From IMG/VR virus record IMGVR_UViG_3300045988_037736, positions 1-64,000 of that record: a stretch of DNA of 64,000 nucleotides. The stretch is one strand, 5' to 3'. A model generated the notes under the pieces. The model searched no databases. It was not told where the DNA came from and saw nothing but the letters and a program-made list of their open reading frames with translations. This document shows, piece after piece, positions 61,321-64,000 of this stretch. Origin of the DNA: a virus. The position numbers and the translations under genes are program-made. Position 1 is the first letter of the stretch, and every line of letters starts with the position of its first letter.

Positions 61321-61557
61321 TTAAGCATCAATGGTCCAGCCCTTACCTATGAAGGATTCTGAATCAACTCCACTTGCATAGTTAAGATTACCATCTGAGG
61401 TTCTAGCAGTATTGTTTAGAGTATTTTCCAGTTCTCTGAACCCTCTCTTTACTTCTTTTCTTACTTTACCTTTTACAAGTCCATCAAGATTCTTGAAGCC
61501 ATCTGTAAGTGTGAATATAAGACCAAGGTTCTTTAAGAACTCTGTCCTATGTTCCAT
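61321..61557 (-). CDS. hypothetical small protein
   Basis: 78 aa. It is in the same frame as the scaffold-like gene, 3 codons after that gene's TAG. Confidence 0.3.
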   Translation of the reverse strand: MEHRTEFLKNLGLIFTLTDGFKNLDGLVKGKVRKEVKRGFRELENTLNNTARTSDGNLNYASGVDSESFIGKGWTIDA

Positions 61558-61566
61558 TTCATATCT

Positions 61567-62475
61567 CTAAATGGCAGTAAGCATTTCTCCTGTCTCAGGG
61601 TCTTTATATACAGGCTTGGCAAGATTGTCATATATTCTTTGTCTTGTTGCCTTGTCAACTTCTACATCACCAAAGACTTTCTTCTCAGTGAGAATAGATG
61701 TTCTCAGCTTCTCAGCCTGTTCCTTCCTCTTTGCTACTTCTGCCTCTTCCTCTTTCTTGGCATCTTCAATTACTTCCTCATATTTGGACTTGAAGTATTC
61801 CTTGTTGCTTTTCAAAGCCTCTCTTGCATCATCTACATCAGTACCTCCATTAAGGGATTTCTGAACTTCTCTTGAAGCTCTTTCCTTACTGTAACCCCTA
61901 TTAATGAAGTCCTGATATATTAGCTGTTTCCTCAGCTTCTCTCCTTCATCAGTCTCAGCTGCAATAGAGTCATCCTTGATACTGTCAAGATAGTTGATGG
62001 CACCTTCATACTGCCTGATAGTATCAGGTTCCACTCCAACATTGAGAGCCTCATCAATCCTCTTCTGTCTTTCATCAAGACCAGCTTTAATCTGTTGCTC
62101 TACAAGCTCTCTTAAGTCTTCAGGAGTTTCTACTTTAGAAATGGCTTCTTCATCAAGGTCTGGGAAGATACCTTCCTCTGCAAAGGCTTTGGCAATGGAA
62201 GAGTAAATTTTGGGAGAAGTACTGCCTTTGTCAGGGTCAGTATCTTCCTTTTCCTCTGTATCTCCACTACCTACGCTCTCTGGTTTGTCTGTAAACAAGG
62301 AGTCTACATTAACCTCAGTAGTTTCTTTTTCTTTCTTTTCTTTGCCCTCTACGAGCTCATCTTCTTTTTCTTTACCTGTATCATCAGGTGCAGGCTCCTG
62401 TGATGTGTCATCATCTATGAACAGGTTCTCTACCTCAGAGCCTGTCAGAATGTTATCTAGTGATAGTTCTTCCAT
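61567..62475 (-). CDS. scaffold-like highly acidic/charged protein (302 aa)
   Basis: It is Glu/Lys/Asp-rich with predicted coiled coil ('EKEDELVEGKEKKEKETTEV...'). It sits directly upstream of the putative major capsid gene. It terminates with TAG (61567-61569). Confidence 0.35.
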   Translation of the reverse strand: MEELSLDNILTGSEVENLFIDDDTSQEPAPDDTGKEKEDELVEGKEKKEKETTEVNVDSLFTDKPESVGSGDTEEKEDTDPDKGSTSPKIYSSIAKAFAEEGIFPDLDEEAISKVETPEDLRELVEQQIKAGLDERQKRIDEALNVGVEPDTIRQYEGAINYLDSIKDDSIAAETDEGEKLRKQLIYQDFINRGYSKERASREVQKSLNGGTDVDDAREALKSNKEYFKSKYEEVIEDAKKEEEAEVAKRKEQAEKLRTSILTEKKVFGDVEVDKATRQRIYDNLAKPVYKDPETGEMLTAI

Positions 62476-62584
62476 ATTAACTTCTCATTATTAAACTTCG
62501 CTGCAAAGGTAGAAAAAGTTCCTGTATTGTACAATAGTCTAAATAAAAATATTAAGGAAGTATAAATGAAAATGTAAAAATAAA

Positions 62585-62604
62585 GGGAGACAGTAGTGTC
62601 TCCC
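62585..62604 (-). terminator. stem-loop terminator after 62611..62862
   Basis: An 8-bp stem 'gggagaca/tgtctccc' with the loop 'gtag'. On the minus-strand RNA it is followed by 'UUUAUUUUUAC'. Confidence 0.5.
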
Positions 62605-62610
62605 TTCGTA

Positions 62611-62862
62611 TTATAGCTCAGCTATATTATAGAGTGCTTCATTGAGTATCTGCATAGCTGTTTCACCACTAAGTATTGCAGCTTCCTCAGAGTAAGGATT
62701 AATGTCAAGAGCCTCACATATGTGCATTTCAAGATGATTCTTTTCATGCTCAAAGGTGTTAACAAATTCTCCTACACTCGAAGCCTTATGTATGACTATA
62801 AGTGAGAACTTCTTATAGAAGCTTGAGTATATGAAACCTGTATCAAGTTCCGAGTTCATCAA
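62611..62862 (-). CDS. hypothetical small protein
   Basis: 83-aa ORF ending in TAA. Confidence 0.3.
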   Translation of the reverse strand: MMNSELDTGFIYSSFYKKFSLIVIHKASSVGEFVNTFEHEKNHLEMHICEALDINPYSEEAAILSGETAMQILNEALYNIAEL

Positions 62863-63013
62863 GTTCCTTTCCAGTTTCTCAAAGGTTTCTTTGTCAGGCT
62901 GAAGCTCTTTAAGTTCAGTGACTATCTCAGTCTTCTATTTCTCATCTACAGTGTAATATATTACTACATCCCAGTCATACTTCCTTATCTTGAACTGCTG
63001 CCTGAGACCCATA

Positions 63014-63244
63014 TCATCTATATTTTTCTTTGAGTTTTTCAATCTTTTCCTCAAAGCCTTCTCTATAGCTTCCTCTATAAAGACCACCTCTCCTTTCATC
63101 AAAGCCTGCTTCTCTCATAGCTTTCTTATAGCCATGTTCACAACCTTCCTTGAAAGCCTTTTCAAGCATATAGTCTTCATCCTCCCTCCTAGAGCCTCTG
63201 CCACCTCTTTCATCTTCATCCATTATTTGATAAATTCTTCCCAT
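63014..63244 (-). CDS. hypothetical small charged protein
   Basis: 76 aa, rich in Arg, Glu and Gly. Confidence 0.25.
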   Translation of the reverse strand: MGRIYQIMDEDERGGRGSRREDEDYMLEKAFKEGCEHGYKKAMREAGFDERRGGLYRGSYREGFEEKIEKLKEKYR

Positions 63245-63249
63245 AGTTT

Positions 63250-63762
63250 TTATGATTTAGTTGTGCTTTCCTTTGACTTAAGCTGAGCCATTAATTCTTT
63301 CATATCTGTCATCATTTCAGACATCTGAGACTTCAGCATATCTATCTCTTGCTTTTGTTGTTTCTGTTCTGCAAACTCTGGATTTAATCTTTGAAGTAAT
63401 ACTTCACAATCTTGAACTATTTTCTTATGATAATCTACACTATTAAGGATGCCAAGACTCTTCTGTCTGAGTGAATCTACCTCTGCATTCATAGCTTCTC
63501 TTGATGTAGTTATAACCAAAGCTCCGTTAGAAGTTCCTTGGTCTGCAACATCAAGGTTTGCAGGAAGCTTCTGCAATGTAACATCATTACCATTTATCCT
63601 CACTACAACATCTACTACGAGTTCTTGAGGGTTCATGAAGTTAGCCACTGGGAATCTAGGCTGAGGTTGTGAAACACTCAGTACTTGACCCACTTCAACA
63701 TAGGGGGTAGATTCTTTGTGCAGTATGTATATTTGACTGTTAGTTCTTAAGTTGGAAAACAT
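63250..63762 (-). CDS. hypothetical protein
   Basis: 170-aa ORF ending in TAA. Confidence 0.35.
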   Translation of the reverse strand: MFSNLRTNSQIYILHKESTPYVEVGQVLSVSQPQPRFPVANFMNPQELVVDVVVRINGNDVTLQKLPANLDVADQGTSNGALVITTSREAMNAEVDSLRQKSLGILNSVDYHKKIVQDCEVLLQRLNPEFAEQKQQKQEIDMLKSQMSEMMTDMKELMAQLKSKESTTKS

Positions 63763-63788
63763 ATTGTTTATAATTTAGTTGGTTAAAT

Positions 63789-64000
63789 TTATGCCGCTGA
63801 TGCAGCAGGTGGTGTTATAGCAAGAGTCAGAGAGTCATTTATTGTGTATGAGAAAGCACATCCACAATTTATATTAGACCCAAACTGGTCTCTTCCCACA
63901 TTGGTAAGTGTTACTGTTGTAGGTAGAGCAGTCTGACCCTGGAATGCAACTACAAAGTTTTCAGTAAATAGCTGAGTATGTGCATTGCAACCACACTGAC
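63789..64000 (-). CDS. 3' end of a gene that starts beyond the window
   Basis: The minus-strand frame is open from the window edge to TAA at 63789-63791 (about 69 codons, '...TVTLTNVGRDQFGSNINCGCAFSYTINDSLTLAITPPAASAA'). It is absent from the ORF track because no start codon is in the window. Confidence 0.25.
   Translation of the reverse strand, partial: QCGCNAHTQLFTENFVVAFQGQTALPTTVTLTNVGRDQFGSNINCGCAFSYTINDSLTLAITPPAASAA

Noticed and set aside
61321-62475. Annotating scaffold+78-aa and 175-aa+131-aa pairs as single read-through genes.
   Set aside because: Only one TAG and 3 or 24 open codons separate them. This is compatible with chance (roughly 0.1-0.3 probability each), so they are kept as separate CDS and flagged as possible fusions.
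1-64000. CRISPR array, integrase/attachment site or rRNA.
   Set aside because: No regularly spaced direct repeats, no tyrosine or serine recombinase motifs, and no rRNA-like regions were seen. The window is densely protein-coding phage sequence.

Overview
This window looks like a contiguous ~64 kb piece of a crAss-like (Crassvirales-type) podophage genome from a strictly anaerobic, probably Bacteroidota, host.

Layout:
- 1-24268 (+): densely packed early/middle genes for DNA replication and nucleotide metabolism. Recognised products are an SF2 helicase C-terminus, a DnaB-like helicase, an AAA_24-type ATPase, a DnaG/TOPRIM primase, a JAB/MPN + E1(ThiF)-like pair, a family-1 uracil-DNA glycosylase (UDG), two PD-(D/E)xK nucleases, class III ribonucleotide reductase NrdD/NrdG, a dUTPase, a family A DNA polymerase, thioredoxin and a ThyX thymidylate synthase.
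- 24533-35768 (+): two giant virion proteins of 2283 and 1456 aa. The first carries a DFDVD (DxDxD) motif and is a candidate virion-packaged RNA polymerase.
- 35826-64000 (-): the late/structural block, with a scaffold-like gene followed by a putative 504-aa major capsid protein.
- Convergent and same-strand gene boundaries are marked by clear stem-loop terminators.

Selfish elements are frequent: a LAGLIDADG intein inside thyX, one HNH and two GIY-YIG free-standing homing endonucleases, and an orphan HicA-like toxin gene.

The most striking observation is lineage-specific amber (TAG) stop-codon recoding confined to a subset of late genes on the minus strand.
- A ~4.4 kb tail-fiber-like reading frame (47207-~51640) is open except for 39 in-frame TAGs.
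- The 567-aa and 149-aa ORFs at 44414-47104 are one frame joined through 6 TAGs clustered in 500 nt.
- A TAG-containing gene (57907-58680) sits next to its TAG-free tandem paralogue (57209-57904).
- In all these stretches no TAA or TGA occurs in frame, and the true terminators are TAA.
- Neighbouring giant late genes contain no TAG at all, and several early genes terminate with TAG.
- No suppressor tRNA was found in the window.

No rRNA, tRNA, CRISPR array or integrase was found.
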